DNA of 64,000 nucleotides from Alphaproteobacteria bacterium (GCA_965267185.1 OZ253937.1:1889151-1953150); one strand, 5' to 3'. Counted from the stretch's first letter, positions 1 to 19,645 are shown. The notes: generated by a model not told the origin, from the letters alone. Numbers and translations: made by a program.

Positions 1-4007
<4,007 letters not shown>

Positions 4008-4041
4008 TCAGCTCGTGTTCCCAAAGACAATCGTTTGAACG

Positions 4042-8202
<4,161 letters not shown>

Positions 8203-8351
8203 CAACTGCCCTCTTTCATGCGTCTGTCGACGCTCTGCGGTTTAAACCCGACGCCAGGGCTTCCCCAAAAATCTCGAGGAGCCTGGGTAATTATTCTCTC
8301 TCACCGTCATGGCCCGGATATCCGTACCGACGATGCTTAAATGTCGGCGGT

Positions 8352-8385
8352 GGACCGGAACGCGGGATAACGCGCGTTCCGGTCC
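8352..8385 (-). promoter_or_regulatory. Strong 13-bp-stem hairpin in the rplL-rpoB intergenic region (putative attenuator / partial terminator)
   Basis: ggaccggaacgcg-ggataacg-cgcgttccggtcc is an inverted repeat between the rplL stop (8412) and the rpoB start. The equivalent position in E. coli holds the rplL-rpoB attenuator. Confidence 0.35.
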
Positions 8386-8411
8386 GGCCGATACTTTATT
8401 GCAGCGCGAGG

Positions 8412-8792
8412 CTATTTGACTTCGACCGTCGCGCCGGCTTCTTCCAACTTAGACTTGATCTCATCGGCCTCTTCTTTGGAGACGCCTTCCTTAACGGGTT
8501 TCGGCGCCCCTTCGACCAAGTCCTTGGCTTCCTTCAAACCAAGTCCGGTCAAGCCACGAACTTCCTTAATAACGTTGATCTTCTTGTCACCGAAACTGGC
8601 GAGAATAACGTCGAACTCCGACTGCTCTTCAGCACCGCCAGCGTCACCGCCGGCTGCCGGAGCCGCTGCAGCAACCGCGACGGGTGCTGCGGCGCTAACG
8701 CCCCACTTTTCTTCGAGCAGTTTCGACAACTCGGCAGCCTCGATAACCGTGAGGTTGCTGAGGTCGTCGACCATTTTTTCCAGATCTGCCAT
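8412..8792 (-). CDS. rplL: 50S ribosomal protein L7/L12
   Basis: 126 aa, [32 protein letters not shown]..., Ala-rich hinge, C-terminal [12 protein letters not shown]...EAGATVEVK. Confidence 0.97.
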   Translation of the reverse strand: MADLEKMVDDLSNLTVIEAAELSKLLEEKWGVSAAAPVAVAAAAPAAGGDAGGAEEQSEFDVILASFGDKKINVIKEVRGLTGLGLKEAKDLVEGAPKPVKEGVSKEEADEIKSKLEEAGATVEVK

Positions 8793-8838
8793 TTCTCTTT
8801 GCTCCTGAGACTAAACGATATGCTTTGACGGGACCGGC

Positions 8839-9357
8839 TTACGCAGCATCCCCTTGTTCGGCATGGGCTGAGACAACTCGCGCCAACTGCCCCGCCGGCG
8901 CCTGCAGCACACCGGCGACCTTCGTCGCAGGCGAGTTGAGCAAGCCAACGAGCTTGCCCCGCAGTTCGTCGAGCGAGGGCAATGTGGCGAGCGCCTTGAC
9001 GCCGGCTTCATCGAGCCGGTTTTCCGCCATGGCACCGCCGATAACGACGAGCTTGTCATTGTCCTTCGAAAAATTGACAGCTACGCGCGCCGCCGCCACG
9101 GGGTCGTCGGAATACGCGATGGCCGTCGGCCCCTCGAAAAGATCTGAGATCCCTTCATAGGGGGTGCCAACAAGGGCGAGTTTTACGAGCCGGTTTTTCG
9201 TCACTTTAAAGCTGGCGCCAGCCTCACGCATTTGGCGGCGTAAATCTGTGCTCTCCGCCACCGTGAGTCCGGATTGCTGCGTCACCACAACCAGGGTGGC
9301 ATCCGCAAACGCTCCGTTGAGCTCGCCGACCAGCTCTTCTTTTCTAGCTCGGTCCAC
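8839..9357 (-). CDS. rplJ: 50S ribosomal protein L10
   Basis: 172 aa with L10-like sequence, directly upstream of rplL in the canonical rplJL arrangement. Confidence 0.93.
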   Translation of the reverse strand: MDRARKEELVGELNGAFADATLVVVTQQSGLTVAESTDLRRQMREAGASFKVTKNRLVKLALVGTPYEGISDLFEGPTAIAYSDDPVAAARVAVNFSKDNDKLVVIGGAMAENRLDEAGVKALATLPSLDELRGKLVGLLNSPATKVAGVLQAPAGQLARVVSAHAEQGDAA

Positions 9358-9651
9358 TTACCGTCTCCGCAATTTGGCGCGCCCAAAAACCAACGGACGC
9401 ACCGGCTGCAATTTGGTTCCCCGCGAATGCGCGAAACCGCTACTCCTGCCCCAGGAGCCGAGGCACCCGGCAACGAAGCCGGGGCAATCTCTTCTCCTGT
9501 CTATGCAGGGCCGCTGCGCAAACCAGCGATTAAGCCTTCCAGGTAAAACCCTTCGGGCGCCTGCAGTCTCGGACAGGTCAGACCGGATCGTTACTAAACC
9601 CGGCCCTTCCACCGCCGCCACTCTCGTCGCGGCGATAAAACGAATGCGGGG
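9358..9651 (-). promoter_or_regulatory. rplJ 5' leader region (candidate L10(L12)4 autoregulatory leader)
   Basis: A 294-nt untranslated gap lies between rplA and rplJ on the same strand. The equivalent leader in E. coli carries the L10 autoregulation site. I did not verify the structure. Confidence 0.3.
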
Positions 9652-10365
9652 CTATCCCGCCGCTGCAGGGCTGGTCGGCAGCGTCGATACGTCGATGCGC
9701 ACGCCCGGCCCCATTGTTGAACTCATTGCCATTTTTTTCAGATAGGCCCCCTTAACGCCGCTCGGTTTGGCACGCAAAATAGCGTCCAGCAGCGCAGAGA
9801 CATTCTGTTCCAACTGTTCTTCGGTGAAGCTGGCCTTGCCAACACCGGCATGAACGATGCCCTGTTTCTCGACACGGAACTGAACTTCCCCGCCCTTCGC
9901 GCTGGCAACGGCTTCGCCAACGTCGTTGGTCACCGTTCCCAGCTTGGGGTTCGGCATCAGCCCGCGCGGCCCCAAAATCTTACCGAGGCGCCCGACCACG
10001 GCCATCATGTCAGGGGTCGCAATAACGCGGTCAAAATCCATTTCCCCGTTCTGCACGCGCTCGGCGAGATCGTCAGCGCCCACCACATCGGCTCCGGCGG
10101 CTTGCGCCTCTTCGGCTTTCGCATCCTTGGCAAAGACCGCAACGCGGACCGGCTTGCCCGTACCATTGGGCAACGCCACCACACCGCGAATATTTTGGTC
10201 GGCGTGCCGTGGATCGACGTTCAAGTTGATCGCCAACTCAACGGTTTCATCGAATTTCGATACCGCATGCTCTTTGACGATCCGGATCGCATCTTCGACC
10301 GACACCTGATTGGTCGGATCAACCTTTTCGCGCGCAGCGCGCGTTCGTTTGCTTAGTCGCGCCAT
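9652..10365 (-). CDS. rplA: 50S ribosomal protein L1
   Basis: 237 aa, L1-like sequence, in the rplKA position. Confidence 0.93.
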   Translation of the reverse strand: MARLSKRTRAAREKVDPTNQVSVEDAIRIVKEHAVSKFDETVELAINLNVDPRHADQNIRGVVALPNGTGKPVRVAVFAKDAKAEEAQAAGADVVGADDLAERVQNGEMDFDRVIATPDMMAVVGRLGKILGPRGLMPNPKLGTVTNDVGEAVASAKGGEVQFRVEKQGIVHAGVGKASFTEEQLEQNVSALLDAILRAKPSGVKGAYLKKMAMSSTMGPGVRIDVSTLPTSPAAAG

Positions 10366-10367
10366 CG

Positions 10368-10796
10368 CTACCCCACCACCTCAAGACCCATGGAACGGGC
10401 CGTGCCCATAATCATCAGGGTCGCTGCGTCTATATCGTTGGCGTTCAGGTCGACCATCTTGCGCTCGGCGATCTCCTGACACTGCGCCCGGCTCACACGT
10501 CCGGCCACCTCGCGGCCGGCCTCGCCGCTGCCCTTGTCGAGCTTTGCCGCCTTCTTCAAGTAGTAGCTCGCCGGCGGCGTTTTTGTGACAAACGAGAATG
10601 ATTTGTCCTGGTAAACCGTAATGACCGTGGGGATCGGTGCATTTTGCTCCAAATCCTGGGTTGCGGCGTTGAACGCCTTACAGAATTCCATAATGTTGAG
10701 GCCCGCCTGACCCAGCGCCGGACCCACCGGCGGCGACGGATTTGCCGCCGCAGCCGGAATCTCCAGCTTGACGTAGCCTTCTATCTTCTTCGCCAT
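10368..10796 (-). CDS. rplK: 50S ribosomal protein L11
   Basis: 142 aa, [44 protein letters not shown]... is the classic L11 N-terminal domain. Confidence 0.96.
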   Translation of the reverse strand: MAKKIEGYVKLEIPAAAANPSPPVGPALGQAGLNIMEFCKAFNAATQDLEQNAPIPTVITVYQDKSFSFVTKTPPASYYLKKAAKLDKGSGEAGREVAGRVSRAQCQEIAERKMVDLNANDIDAATLMIMGTARSMGLEVVG

Positions 10797-10897
10797 ACTC
10801 CACCCTTCCTTCTACGAGGGTTCGCGGTACGACAGCCCATGGTCTTTCGAGCCCATCTCCCGCGCGCCGGCAACACCCGCCGGCAAATATGCCAAGC

Positions 10898-11428
10898 CTA
10901 GAGTTTCTCGACCTGACCGTACTCAAGCTCGACCGGTGTTGACCGGCCGAAAATCGATACCGAAACCTTCAACCGGGCGCGTTCCTCATCAACGTCTTCA
11001 ACCTGTCCGTTAAAAGACTGGAACGGCCCGTCATTTACCCGCACCTCTTCACCAATTTCGAAGGTCACCGACGGTTTCGGCCGTTCGACGCCCTCCTTCA
11101 CCTGGTGCAGAATCCGGTCCGCCTCGGACTGGCTAATGGGAACCGGCTTGTTGCCCGCCCCGAGAAAGCCCGTCACCTTCGGCGTGTTTTTCACCAGATG
11201 ATAACTGTCCTCATTCAGTTCCATTTTCACCAGCACGTAGCCGGGAAAGAACTTGCGCTCCGAGTTCACTTTGCTGCCGCGGCGCATTTCGACCACTTCT
11301 TCGGTCGGCACGAGAATTTCGTCGAACAGGTCTTCCATACCCTTCACAACCGACTGCTCCTGCAGCGATTGCGCGACTTTCTTCTCGAAGCCGGAATAGG
11401 CATGAACGACGTACCACTGCATCGTCAT
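10898..11428 (-). CDS. nusG: Transcription termination/antitermination factor NusG
   Basis: 176 aa, [18 protein letters not shown]... with a KOW region; canonical secE-nusG-rplKA order. Confidence 0.95.
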   Translation of the reverse strand: MTMQWYVVHAYSGFEKKVAQSLQEQSVVKGMEDLFDEILVPTEEVVEMRRGSKVNSERKFFPGYVLVKMELNEDSYHLVKNTPKVTGFLGAGNKPVPISQSEADRILHQVKEGVERPKPSVTFEIGEEVRVNDGPFQSFNGQVEDVDEERARLKVSVSIFGRSTPVELEYGQVEKL

Positions 11429-11434
11429 TGTTAA

Positions 11435-11632
11435 TTAGCCTCCGACCGACAAAGCTAGCTGCACCAACCACGCCAAGACGATATCGACTGCGAAAAAGAA
11501 AAGCGCAGCGATCGCCACCATTATGAAAACCATGATTACCGACTGAGTCGTCTCCTTGCGGGTCGGCCAGGTGACCTTGCCAACTTCCTGGCGCACCTGC
11601 CGAACGAACTCACCAACCGATGGTTTTGCCAT
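11435..11632 (-). CDS. secE: Preprotein translocase subunit SecE
   Basis: Small single-TM protein (MAKPSVGEFVRQVRQEVGKVTWPTRKETTQSVIMVFIMVAIAALFFFAVD...) directly upstream of nusG. The start is placed at the internal ATG (MAKPS) rather than the longer ORF-track start. Confidence 0.9.
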   Translation of the reverse strand: MAKPSVGEFVRQVRQEVGKVTWPTRKETTQSVIMVFIMVAIAALFFFAVDIVLAWLVQLALSVGG

Positions 11633-11689
11633 TCTGTACTTTCTTTGAACCTGTACTTGTCCTACCGGCAAGCTATGTAGTCATTTGGC

Positions 11690-11765
11690 TGGCAGGAGTG
11701 GAGGGACTCGAACCCGCAACCCCCGGTTTTGGAGACCGGTGCTCTACCAATTGAGCTACACTCCT
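11690..11765 (-). tRNA. tRNA-Trp (anticodon CCA)
   Basis: The reverse complement folds as a cloverleaf: AGGAGTGTAGCTCAATTGGTAGAGCACCGGTCTCCAAAACCGG...TTCGAGTCC...CACTCCTGCCA, with anticodon loop CTCCAAA. It is in the conserved tuf-tRNA-Trp-secE position. Confidence 0.9.
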
Positions 11766-11804
11766 AGCATTCCGGCCAATTCGATATGTTGCCGTTCTAA
11801 CCAA

Positions 11805-12995
<1,191 letters not shown>

Positions 12996-13093
12996 CAACT
13001 ATTCCATGCGTTGCGTTGCGTTCTGGCTGGCAGCGCCAACCCCTAAACCTTCATCTTCAAACCGGCTGAGCTGCCCTTGCTCGGCCCCTTAAC

Positions 13094-13167
13094 TGGAGCG
13101 GGTGAGGGGAATCGAACCCCCGTCGTAAGCTTGGAAGGCTTCTGCTCTACCATTGAGCTACACCCGC
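13094..13167 (-). tRNA. tRNA-Gly (anticodon UCC)
   Basis: The reverse complement is GCGGGTGTAGCTCAATGGTAGAGCAGAAGCCTTCCAAGCTTACGACGGGGGTTCGATTCCCCTCACCCGCTCCA, with anticodon loop CTTCCAA. Confidence 0.85.
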
Positions 13168-13309
13168 AAAGACGTGTTGTTCGATTGCTCAGAATTGCCG
13201 CCCGTTACTCCGTTCTTGCCCGTTTTCCGCACTTTTCGGCGTAAGTGCATGGTCGCCGCAGGCACATTCTTCACTCTCGTTCGATGCCGCCGGGCACTAA
13301 GAGGTAGAA

Positions 13310-13394
13310 TGGTGGAGGGGGTTGGATTCGAACCAACGTAGGCATAGCCAACGGATTTACAGTCCGCCCCTTTTAACCACTCAGGCACCCCTCC
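13310..13394 (-). tRNA. tRNA-Tyr (anticodon GUA), long variable arm
   Basis: The reverse complement is GGAGGGGTGCCTGAGTGGTTAAAAGGGGCGGACTGTAAATCCGTTGGCTATGCCTACGTTGGTTCGAATCCAACCCCCTCCACCA, with anticodon loop CTGTAAA and a type II variable arm. Confidence 0.85.
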
Positions 13395-13601
13395 GTTTGC
13401 CAAACGCATTTGTCCAGCAGCAAACGCGCCGTTCGCCATTGGCGACGGCCGCGCCGCGAAATATCTGGATTTCTTAACGACTGTCAACCGCTAATCGGCG
13501 TAAACCGGTGTAAAGCGTACACATTTTTGTATTTGCCGGCCCTGAAATGCGCAAATCGGCAACTTGTGCCGCCGACAGCACTATAATAGGTAAGGTCGGC
13601 C

Positions 13602-14405
13602 ATGGCCCGCCGCAAGACCCCGCCCTCCCGTCACGGACGGCGTAAAAGCAAAAAATCGCGTCCATCCGGTTCATCGGCATGGCTATACGGCATGCACACG
13701 GTGTCGGCCGTGCTGGCCAATCCGGCGCGGCGATATTCGCGCATTCTTGTGAGCGATCCGGATATAGCAACGCGAATCGCGGCGGCGGTGAGTCCCGACG
13801 CTAAGCTTGAAAAGATATCGCGGGACGACATCGAGGCGGTATTGCCCGATGGCGCCGTCCATCAAAACATCGCCGTGCTGGCCGAACCGCTGGCATCGGT
13901 CTCCCTGGAAGATATCTGCGATCGGATAAACGGCCAGTCCGAAGTGCGAATCGTCGTGCTCGACCAAGTAACCGATCCCCATAACATCGGCGCCATCCTC
14001 CGCACCGCCGCGGCTTTCGGGGCAAGCGCGATGGTCGTTCAAGACCGGCACACACCGCCGGTAACTGGGGTTTTGGCAAAAGCGGCCTCGGGTGGCCTGG
14101 AACACTGCCCCATCGTGCGCGTGACCAACCTGGCGCGCGCTCTCGAGATCCTCAAACGCGCGGGGGTGTGGTGTATCGGCCTCGACAGCGCAGCGCCACA
14201 ATCCCTACAGGATGCAAGGGTGGACGGTCCGGTTGCGCTGGTGCTGGGCGCCGAAGGCGGCGGTCTGCGGCGCCTGACCCGGGATATGTGCGATGTCATC
14301 GCCCGTATCCCCCACGCCGAAGCGCCCGCCAGTTTGAACGTCTCCAATGCGGCGGCCGTTGCACTCTACGAGATTGCCCGATCTGCGGGTGATGCGGACA
14401 GTTAG
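13602..14405 (+). CDS. rlmB: SpoU/TrmH-family 23S rRNA (guanosine-2'-O)-methyltransferase (RlmB-like)
   Basis: 267 aa with the SPOUT motifs VLDQVTDPHNIGAILRTAAAFGA and LVLGAEGGGL. Basic N-terminal extension. Confidence 0.85.
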   Translation: MARRKTPPSRHGRRKSKKSRPSGSSAWLYGMHTVSAVLANPARRYSRILVSDPDIATRIAAAVSPDAKLEKISRDDIEAVLPDGAVHQNIAVLAEPLASVSLEDICDRINGQSEVRIVVLDQVTDPHNIGAILRTAAAFGASAMVVQDRHTPPVTGVLAKAASGGLEHCPIVRVTNLARALEILKRAGVWCIGLDSAAPQSLQDARVDGPVALVLGAEGGGLRRLTRDMCDVIARIPHAEAPASLNVSNAAAVALYEIARSAGDADS

Positions 14406-14516
14406 TGCAAGAATACGAGCACGTTTAACCTCGGCTACCCCAGTTTGGCGCGACTTTCGTTGACGCGGTCAATATTCCCGGCTATTGCCGTCTATCAATC
14501 GCCATCGCGGCACAGA

Positions 14517-14592
14517 GCCGGCTTAGCTCAGTTGGTAGAGCGGCTGATTTGTAATCAGTAGGTCGGGGGTTCGAATCCTCCAGCCGGCACCA
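14517..14592 (+). tRNA. tRNA-Thr (anticodon UGU)
   Basis: GCCGGCTTAGCTCAGTTGGTAGAGCGGCTGATTTGTAATCAGTAGGTCGGGGGTTCGAATCCTCCAGCCGGCACCA, with anticodon loop TTTGTAA. Confidence 0.85.
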
Positions 14593-14617
14593 TTTTTGGG
14601 TTCGGTAGGGTCCTGTC

Positions 14618-17149
14618 CTACGCCGCCGCGCTGCGCCGTCCCACGAATTGATACGTATAGACGCCGAACAAAATCCCCGCGCCGATAATGTAGGCGTGAT
14701 AGCGGAGATCGGCCTCGATTCCGGTGAGAAAACTGATGAAAACGCCCACCGGCATCAACAAGCACGCGGCAGAGATGAACCAGAGAGCGCGTTCGAACGG
14801 AAGTGCGCGGCCAATGCCGAAACCCTCAAAGAATTTGGCCCAAGCGACGACCCCGAGAACAGCGGCGGCAACGGTCACACTGATATCGAACGAGGTGCTG
14901 TTGAGCAGGATCGGCGTGTAGGCAAACAGGAACGGCGTGATAAGGATCATCGACCCCATCTTGAGAGCTTGATTCCCGGTCGTCACCGGATCCGACCGGG
15001 ATATGGAACTGGCCGCAAAAGCCGCGAGCGCAACCGGCGGCGTCACCGCACTGACGACGGCCACCCAATAGCTGATCATATGGGCGGTGAGGCTCGGCAC
15101 CCCGAGTTCCGTCAACGCACCGACGGCGAAAATGGCGAGGATGACGTAGCTCGCTGCGATCGGCAGGCCCATGCCCACGATGTAGCCGGCAATAATCACC
15201 AAAATGATCGCGATGAACAGGTAGCCGCCGCTTGCCTCGACGAGAAGCGACGCGACGCGCCCCGGCAGGTCTGATTTGGTTGCCGCTGCCAGCAGGATGC
15301 CGAGCACGCCGGCGATACAACTGACGACCAGGGTGTTGCGGGCGCCGGTTTCGAGCGACACCCAAATGGTCCTAACCATTTCGGTGAAGACATCCCCCAG
15401 CCCGCGCATCGGTTTCGTATCCTCGTGGACACCAATGGTGGGTCCCGTGTCAGCCGGCTTTAACTCGGCCTCGGGGATTTCAGACGCGCCGAGAATCAGA
15501 ATCTCGCCAATCTTTAAGACGATAAACGTGAAAACGACCCAAAACCCGGCGTCGCCAATGCCGATTCCGACATAGTCTTCGACGAACCAGGAAAATGGCG
15601 CACCGATTTTCATGCCGAAGAAGAAAACAAAAACGCCGACGGCGAACGAAATCGCCAGATAGGGTTTCCAAGAGGTACGCGAGCGCGCCGTCGGGACCGC
15701 ATCGAGGAGGTCGATCAGCTTCAACATGATGATCAACACGATTGTCTTCGCCGCAGCGAGGAACGGCGAATCGCCAATCACCAAGAAAAACACCATCGCC
15801 GGAATCGGCAGCAGCAAGTGCAACCGCGGCAATATATCGCCCCATTGCGGCAACTCGTTCGCGGGCACGCCGTGCAAACGGTCGCGGACGGCGCGGAAAT
15901 AAACCATCAAGCCGACCGACAGATAGTAAAGCGTCGCCGGAATAACCGCGATCGTGACGATCTTGAAGTAGCTTGTTTCAGTTAGCTCCGCGAGTAGGAA
16001 GGCACCTGCCCCCATGATCGGCGGCATATAAGCGCCGCCGGTAGACGCCGCTGCTTCGACCCCGCCGGCAAACGGCGCTCGATAGCCCACCCGCCTCATA
16101 AGCGGGATGGTGAATGTGCCCGTCGTCATGACGTTGGCCACACCGCTACCGGAAATCATACCGAAAAAGCCACTACTGATAACGGCCGCCAGGCCGGGCC
16201 CGCCGGTTTTCGCCCCAGTCATGCGGTAAGCGGTGTTGATCATGACCGCACCCAGGCCGGTCTTTTGCAGAAACGCGCCGAGCACGACGAAGATCACAAT
16301 GAACGTCGCGAACACATTGGTGATGAGGCCGAACATGCCTTCGGTCGACGCCATCAGGAATTCCATGACGGTCTCGGAGTCGTAACCGAGATAGTTGAGA
16401 ATACCGGGCATCGCCTGGGCGACAATTTCGAAGGAATAAATGAAAAACAGAAATCCGAGCAGCGGAATAAGCGGCCCGACGATGCGCCGCGCGATCTCCG
16501 CACTGGTCGCAACCAGCATGATCGAGTAGACGAACAGCAGAACGTCGACCGACCGCCCCGCGCTTTCGCGGAGTTGCTCGACGTTGTCCACCCACCACAG
16601 CACCGACGCGATAGCGCAAACGAGAAACAGGACGTCGGAAATCGTTAAACCGTCGCCGCGTCTGGGGCGCAGGCCTTCGAACAGGTAGATGGCAGCGCCC
16701 ACCACGCCGCCGATAATGCCGACCGTCAGCACCTCATTGTCGAAATAGCGGACCCACTTCACATGGTGATCGCCAACTTGCCAGTGAATCCAAACGGCAA
16801 TGGCTCCGCAGAGCATAACCAAGTCGGCAAGGGAAAATAGCTCGTCGAGCCAAACGGTCTTGTCTTGAATGCGGCGGTGCCGGTTTTTGAAGAGCAGCAG
16901 CGACATGACCACGACACCAAGAAAGAACGTGCCGCGGAACACCGCTTCCACCGGCGGGCCAAAGAACGCGATATGGATGAAAAAGTAGGAGTAAGCGACA
17001 GCGATAATCGAGAACAGAATCTTGATAACGCCGGTCAAGTGGCGCGGCGGCGCCATCTCTTCCGAGATAATGCCGATCTTCATCAAAACATTGAGCGTAC
17101 TGCTGGCCATGCTCGATCGCCCCACCGATATGCTTGGAAACTCGGTCAA
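14618..17149 (-). CDS. TRAP transporter fused permease (TAXI-associated DctQM-like fusion)
   Basis: 843-aa polytopic membrane protein with many TM segments, adjacent to a TAXI-family solute-binding protein gene. Confidence 0.85.
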   Translation of the reverse strand: MTEFPSISVGRSSMASSTLNVLMKIGIISEEMAPPRHLTGVIKILFSIIAVAYSYFFIHIAFFGPPVEAVFRGTFFLGVVVMSLLLFKNRHRRIQDKTVWLDELFSLADLVMLCGAIAVWIHWQVGDHHVKWVRYFDNEVLTVGIIGGVVGAAIYLFEGLRPRRGDGLTISDVLFLVCAIASVLWWVDNVEQLRESAGRSVDVLLFVYSIMLVATSAEIARRIVGPLIPLLGFLFFIYSFEIVAQAMPGILNYLGYDSETVMEFLMASTEGMFGLITNVFATFIVIFVVLGAFLQKTGLGAVMINTAYRMTGAKTGGPGLAAVISSGFFGMISGSGVANVMTTGTFTIPLMRRVGYRAPFAGGVEAAASTGGAYMPPIMGAGAFLLAELTETSYFKIVTIAVIPATLYYLSVGLMVYFRAVRDRLHGVPANELPQWGDILPRLHLLLPIPAMVFFLVIGDSPFLAAAKTIVLIIMLKLIDLLDAVPTARSRTSWKPYLAISFAVGVFVFFFGMKIGAPFSWFVEDYVGIGIGDAGFWVVFTFIVLKIGEILILGASEIPEAELKPADTGPTIGVHEDTKPMRGLGDVFTEMVRTIWVSLETGARNTLVVSCIAGVLGILLAAATKSDLPGRVASLLVEASGGYLFIAIILVIIAGYIVGMGLPIAASYVILAIFAVGALTELGVPSLTAHMISYWVAVVSAVTPPVALAAFAASSISRSDPVTTGNQALKMGSMILITPFLFAYTPILLNSTSFDISVTVAAAVLGVVAWAKFFEGFGIGRALPFERALWFISAACLLMPVGVFISFLTGIEADLRYHAYIIGAGILFGVYTYQFVGRRSAAA

Positions 17150-17243
17150 CTTGTGAGCGGACGAGGCGCGAAGAGAGCCGTTCTCTTCGCGCCTTGCCGA
17201 AATGTCACCGGGTCAACCCCGGCTTTAGGTACTCTGAGCTAAA

Positions 17244-18233
17244 TCAGAAGCCCTTGACGATATCGCCCGCAACATCGAAGCCACGCTCTTTCCAGTACTT
17301 GGCCGCAGCCGGGTGTACCGGAATACCAACCGATTTCAAGTTGGTGAAATCGCCGTTGAGCGTTTTCCAATAAGCCGCCGTTGCCACCAGCTTCTGCAGG
17401 TTTTCCGGCTTAGCCGTCACTGACAGCATGTCGTAGATGGCCTCGTCGGAGACATCCTTATGAGCGAGCCAGTAGACGTCGTACGAGATCGAGTTCGCAG
17501 GCGCGTCCATGCCACGCACGTCCGACTGCACCGGAATAGTGACGGCAGAGTAGAACGGGTTCTTCGCGATCACGGCTTTCTGCTCTTCTTCCGTCAAGCT
17601 GATGTAACGCACCGGTTTGGTGATCGACAGCTGCGTCAACGCCGGGATCAAGAACGGCGCACCGGCGGAACAGAATACGTCGATCTGACGATCGCCCAGC
17701 GCACGTGCCGAGTCGGCAAACCCAAGGTTGCGAACCTCGATCGAGTCGGCGATGCCGGCGCCTTCCATAATGTTCCGGCAGTTGACGTTACTACCTGAGC
17801 CTTTGTTCAGCAGATTGACGATCTTGCCCTTCATGTCCGAGAAGGACTTGATCGGGCTGTCGGCTAGCACGGCGACGATCTGCGACTGCTTACGCACGTT
17901 GGCAATGACGCGGAAATCTTTGTTGGCGCCGTCCTCTTTGAACAGACCAACGCCATTCCACGCCTGATAGGCCTGGCCGACATGGCCCCAAGCCGTATCG
18001 AACTTGCCGAGCGAGACGCGGCGGACATTATCGACCGAGCCGTTCGAGGGCGAGTAATTGAACTTGTACTTGCCTTCGAGTTCGCTGTTCAGCAGCTGGG
18101 CGCCGGCGCTGACCGACGGATGCCAGCCGCCACCGGCCGGGCCACCGCCGATCCGGTAGCTTTCCTCGGCCTGAGCCACACCGGCAAACACCAATGCACT
18201 ACCAGCCACAAGCGCTGTAGTAAGTAACTTCAT
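17244..18233 (-). CDS. TRAP transporter solute receptor, TAXI family
   Basis: Periplasmic binding protein with a signal peptide (MKLLTTALVAGSALVFAGVAQA). The start is placed at the internal Met, which has a GGAGG SD. Confidence 0.8.
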   Translation of the reverse strand: MKLLTTALVAGSALVFAGVAQAEESYRIGGGPAGGGWHPSVSAGAQLLNSELEGKYKFNYSPSNGSVDNVRRVSLGKFDTAWGHVGQAYQAWNGVGLFKEDGANKDFRVIANVRKQSQIVAVLADSPIKSFSDMKGKIVNLLNKGSGSNVNCRNIMEGAGIADSIEVRNLGFADSARALGDRQIDVFCSAGAPFLIPALTQLSITKPVRYISLTEEEQKAVIAKNPFYSAVTIPVQSDVRGMDAPANSISYDVYWLAHKDVSDEAIYDMLSVTAKPENLQKLVATAAYWKTLNGDFTNLKSVGIPVHPAAAKYWKERGFDVAGDIVKGF

Positions 18234-18372
18234 GCGTTCCTCCCTATGTGCGTGCTTTGACGAGATCCGCCTCGGCACATTCTTAAGCGATAGTTTCAAT
18301 CAGCTCGGCACTCTCCCAGGCGCCCAACCGAAACAAAATCACGATGGCAGCCCCGTATGCCAATGGCAAGAA

Positions 18373-18390
18373 AATTTGTCCTGACAAATT
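18373..18390. promoter_or_regulatory. Perfect 8-2-8 inverted repeat AATTTGTCctGACAAATT (GntR/FadR-type operator-like) ~140 nt upstream of the TAXI-TRAP operon
   Basis: Read directly from the sequence. The core TtGTcctgACaA matches the generic GntR-family T.GT-N-AC.A operator pattern. Confidence 0.3.
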
Positions 18391-18473
18391 CGCTTTTCTA
18401 CCGGCAGTAACGCTCGTTTGAACACCCGGCGTCCCCAGTCAGTAAAATAAGCGCCTGCTCGCGGCCGACCTCG

Positions 18474-19574
18474 CTAGCGCGCGGGAATTGTCTCGCCACT
18501 AGCGATGCGTGTCTCCGCCTCGGCGAGTTCGGGTCCCGACATGACCTCACGCAACCGCTCGAGGAGACGCGACGCACCGGGCGCGTTGTTTCGCGTCGCC
18601 TCGCGCAGCCACAAATAGGACGCCACACGGTCGACCGAGACACCACGCCCTTCGAAATACAGCGCGCCGACAAAGAATTGCGCGCGCGGCGAACCGTTTA
18701 GCGCCTCAGGCAGCCAAATTTCATACGCGCCCCGATAATTTTCAGTGCGATAGGCCGAAATCCCTTGCGCAATCGCATTGACGCTAGACACCGATACGAC
18801 GGGTTCATCTGCCGGCTCATCGGGTTTCGCCGAATCCGGTTCAGACGGTGTTGGTTCGGTCGCGGCGTCAGCCGGCACCGCCGCCTGCTCTGCCCTCGGC
18901 GCGGTATCTTGCGCCGATTGCTGCCCCTCTCTCACCGGTTCAGGTGTCCGGTTCGCTTGCGGTGGCGCCGCGGCAGAACCAGCGGTCTGGATTTGCTCCT
19001 GGGCAGCATCAAGCTGGGTCTGCAAGTCCGCCACTTGTTGTTCGAGCCGCGACCGCTCGGCCGCGCCATCGCGCAGCACTTGCTCATTTTGTGCACGCGA
19101 CTCATCGCGCGTTTGGATCGCTTGCTCGAGTTGCTGTTGCAAACCAGCGAGTTCGTTTTCACTGTCGCTGCGAGCACGTTCGCTTTGCTCAAGCAGCTCT
19201 TCACTCAGCTTAATGGTTTCGGCGAGCCGGTCCGACAGTTCGGCCACCTCCGCCACGAGCGCCTCGCGTTCCACGCTGCTGTCCGCGAGCGCAGCCTCAA
19301 GAGTTTCGATCCGATTTTCCGCATCTGCATCCGCTGCGGGACTCGGCGACGCCGTTTGTCTCGCGGTCAATTCGCCTTGCAGCGTTGCCACCTCGGACCG
19401 AGCTTGCGCCAGCTCCGTTTCCAATCGAGCAATACGGTTTTCAGCCTCGGGATCAGCCTGCGGCGCGACGACGCCGGGCACCTGGCGCTCAACGGCAATG
19501 ATCAAACCGAGCAAAAAGCCGGCGACACCGACCAACGCAACTGCAAGAACAATGGGATGGAATAGTCTCTTCAT
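18474..19574 (-). CDS. Membrane-anchored coiled-coil protein with C-terminal Sel1/TPR-like repeats
   Basis: N-terminal TM segment (LFHPIVLAVALVGVAGFLLGLIIAV), a long A/E/Q/L-rich heptad region, and a C-terminal YFEGRGVSVDRVASYLWLREA Sel1-like motif. Confidence 0.7.
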   Translation of the reverse strand: MKRLFHPIVLAVALVGVAGFLLGLIIAVERQVPGVVAPQADPEAENRIARLETELAQARSEVATLQGELTARQTASPSPAADADAENRIETLEAALADSSVEREALVAEVAELSDRLAETIKLSEELLEQSERARSDSENELAGLQQQLEQAIQTRDESRAQNEQVLRDGAAERSRLEQQVADLQTQLDAAQEQIQTAGSAAAPPQANRTPEPVREGQQSAQDTAPRAEQAAVPADAATEPTPSEPDSAKPDEPADEPVVSVSSVNAIAQGISAYRTENYRGAYEIWLPEALNGSPRAQFFVGALYFEGRGVSVDRVASYLWLREATRNNAPGASRLLERLREVMSGPELAEAETRIASGETIPAR

Positions 19575-19645
19575 CGGTACCTGTTCTCTAACCGCCAACC
19601 CATATCGCATCATACCCGGCTACCAGGAAAAGCGAGAGTCTCTCG

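Noticed and set aside
9164-9745. 193-aa plus-strand ORF spanning the rplJ leader and rplJ/rplA ends
   Set aside because: It overlaps two ribosomal protein genes and their leader on the opposite strand, and its composition is typical of spurious frames.
14648-16648. Plus-strand ORFs (14648..15274, 16265..16648) and several minus-strand alternative frames inside the TRAP permease gene
   Set aside because: They lie inside a well-supported 843-aa membrane protein gene. Their products are highly charged and Arg-rich and are non-membrane.
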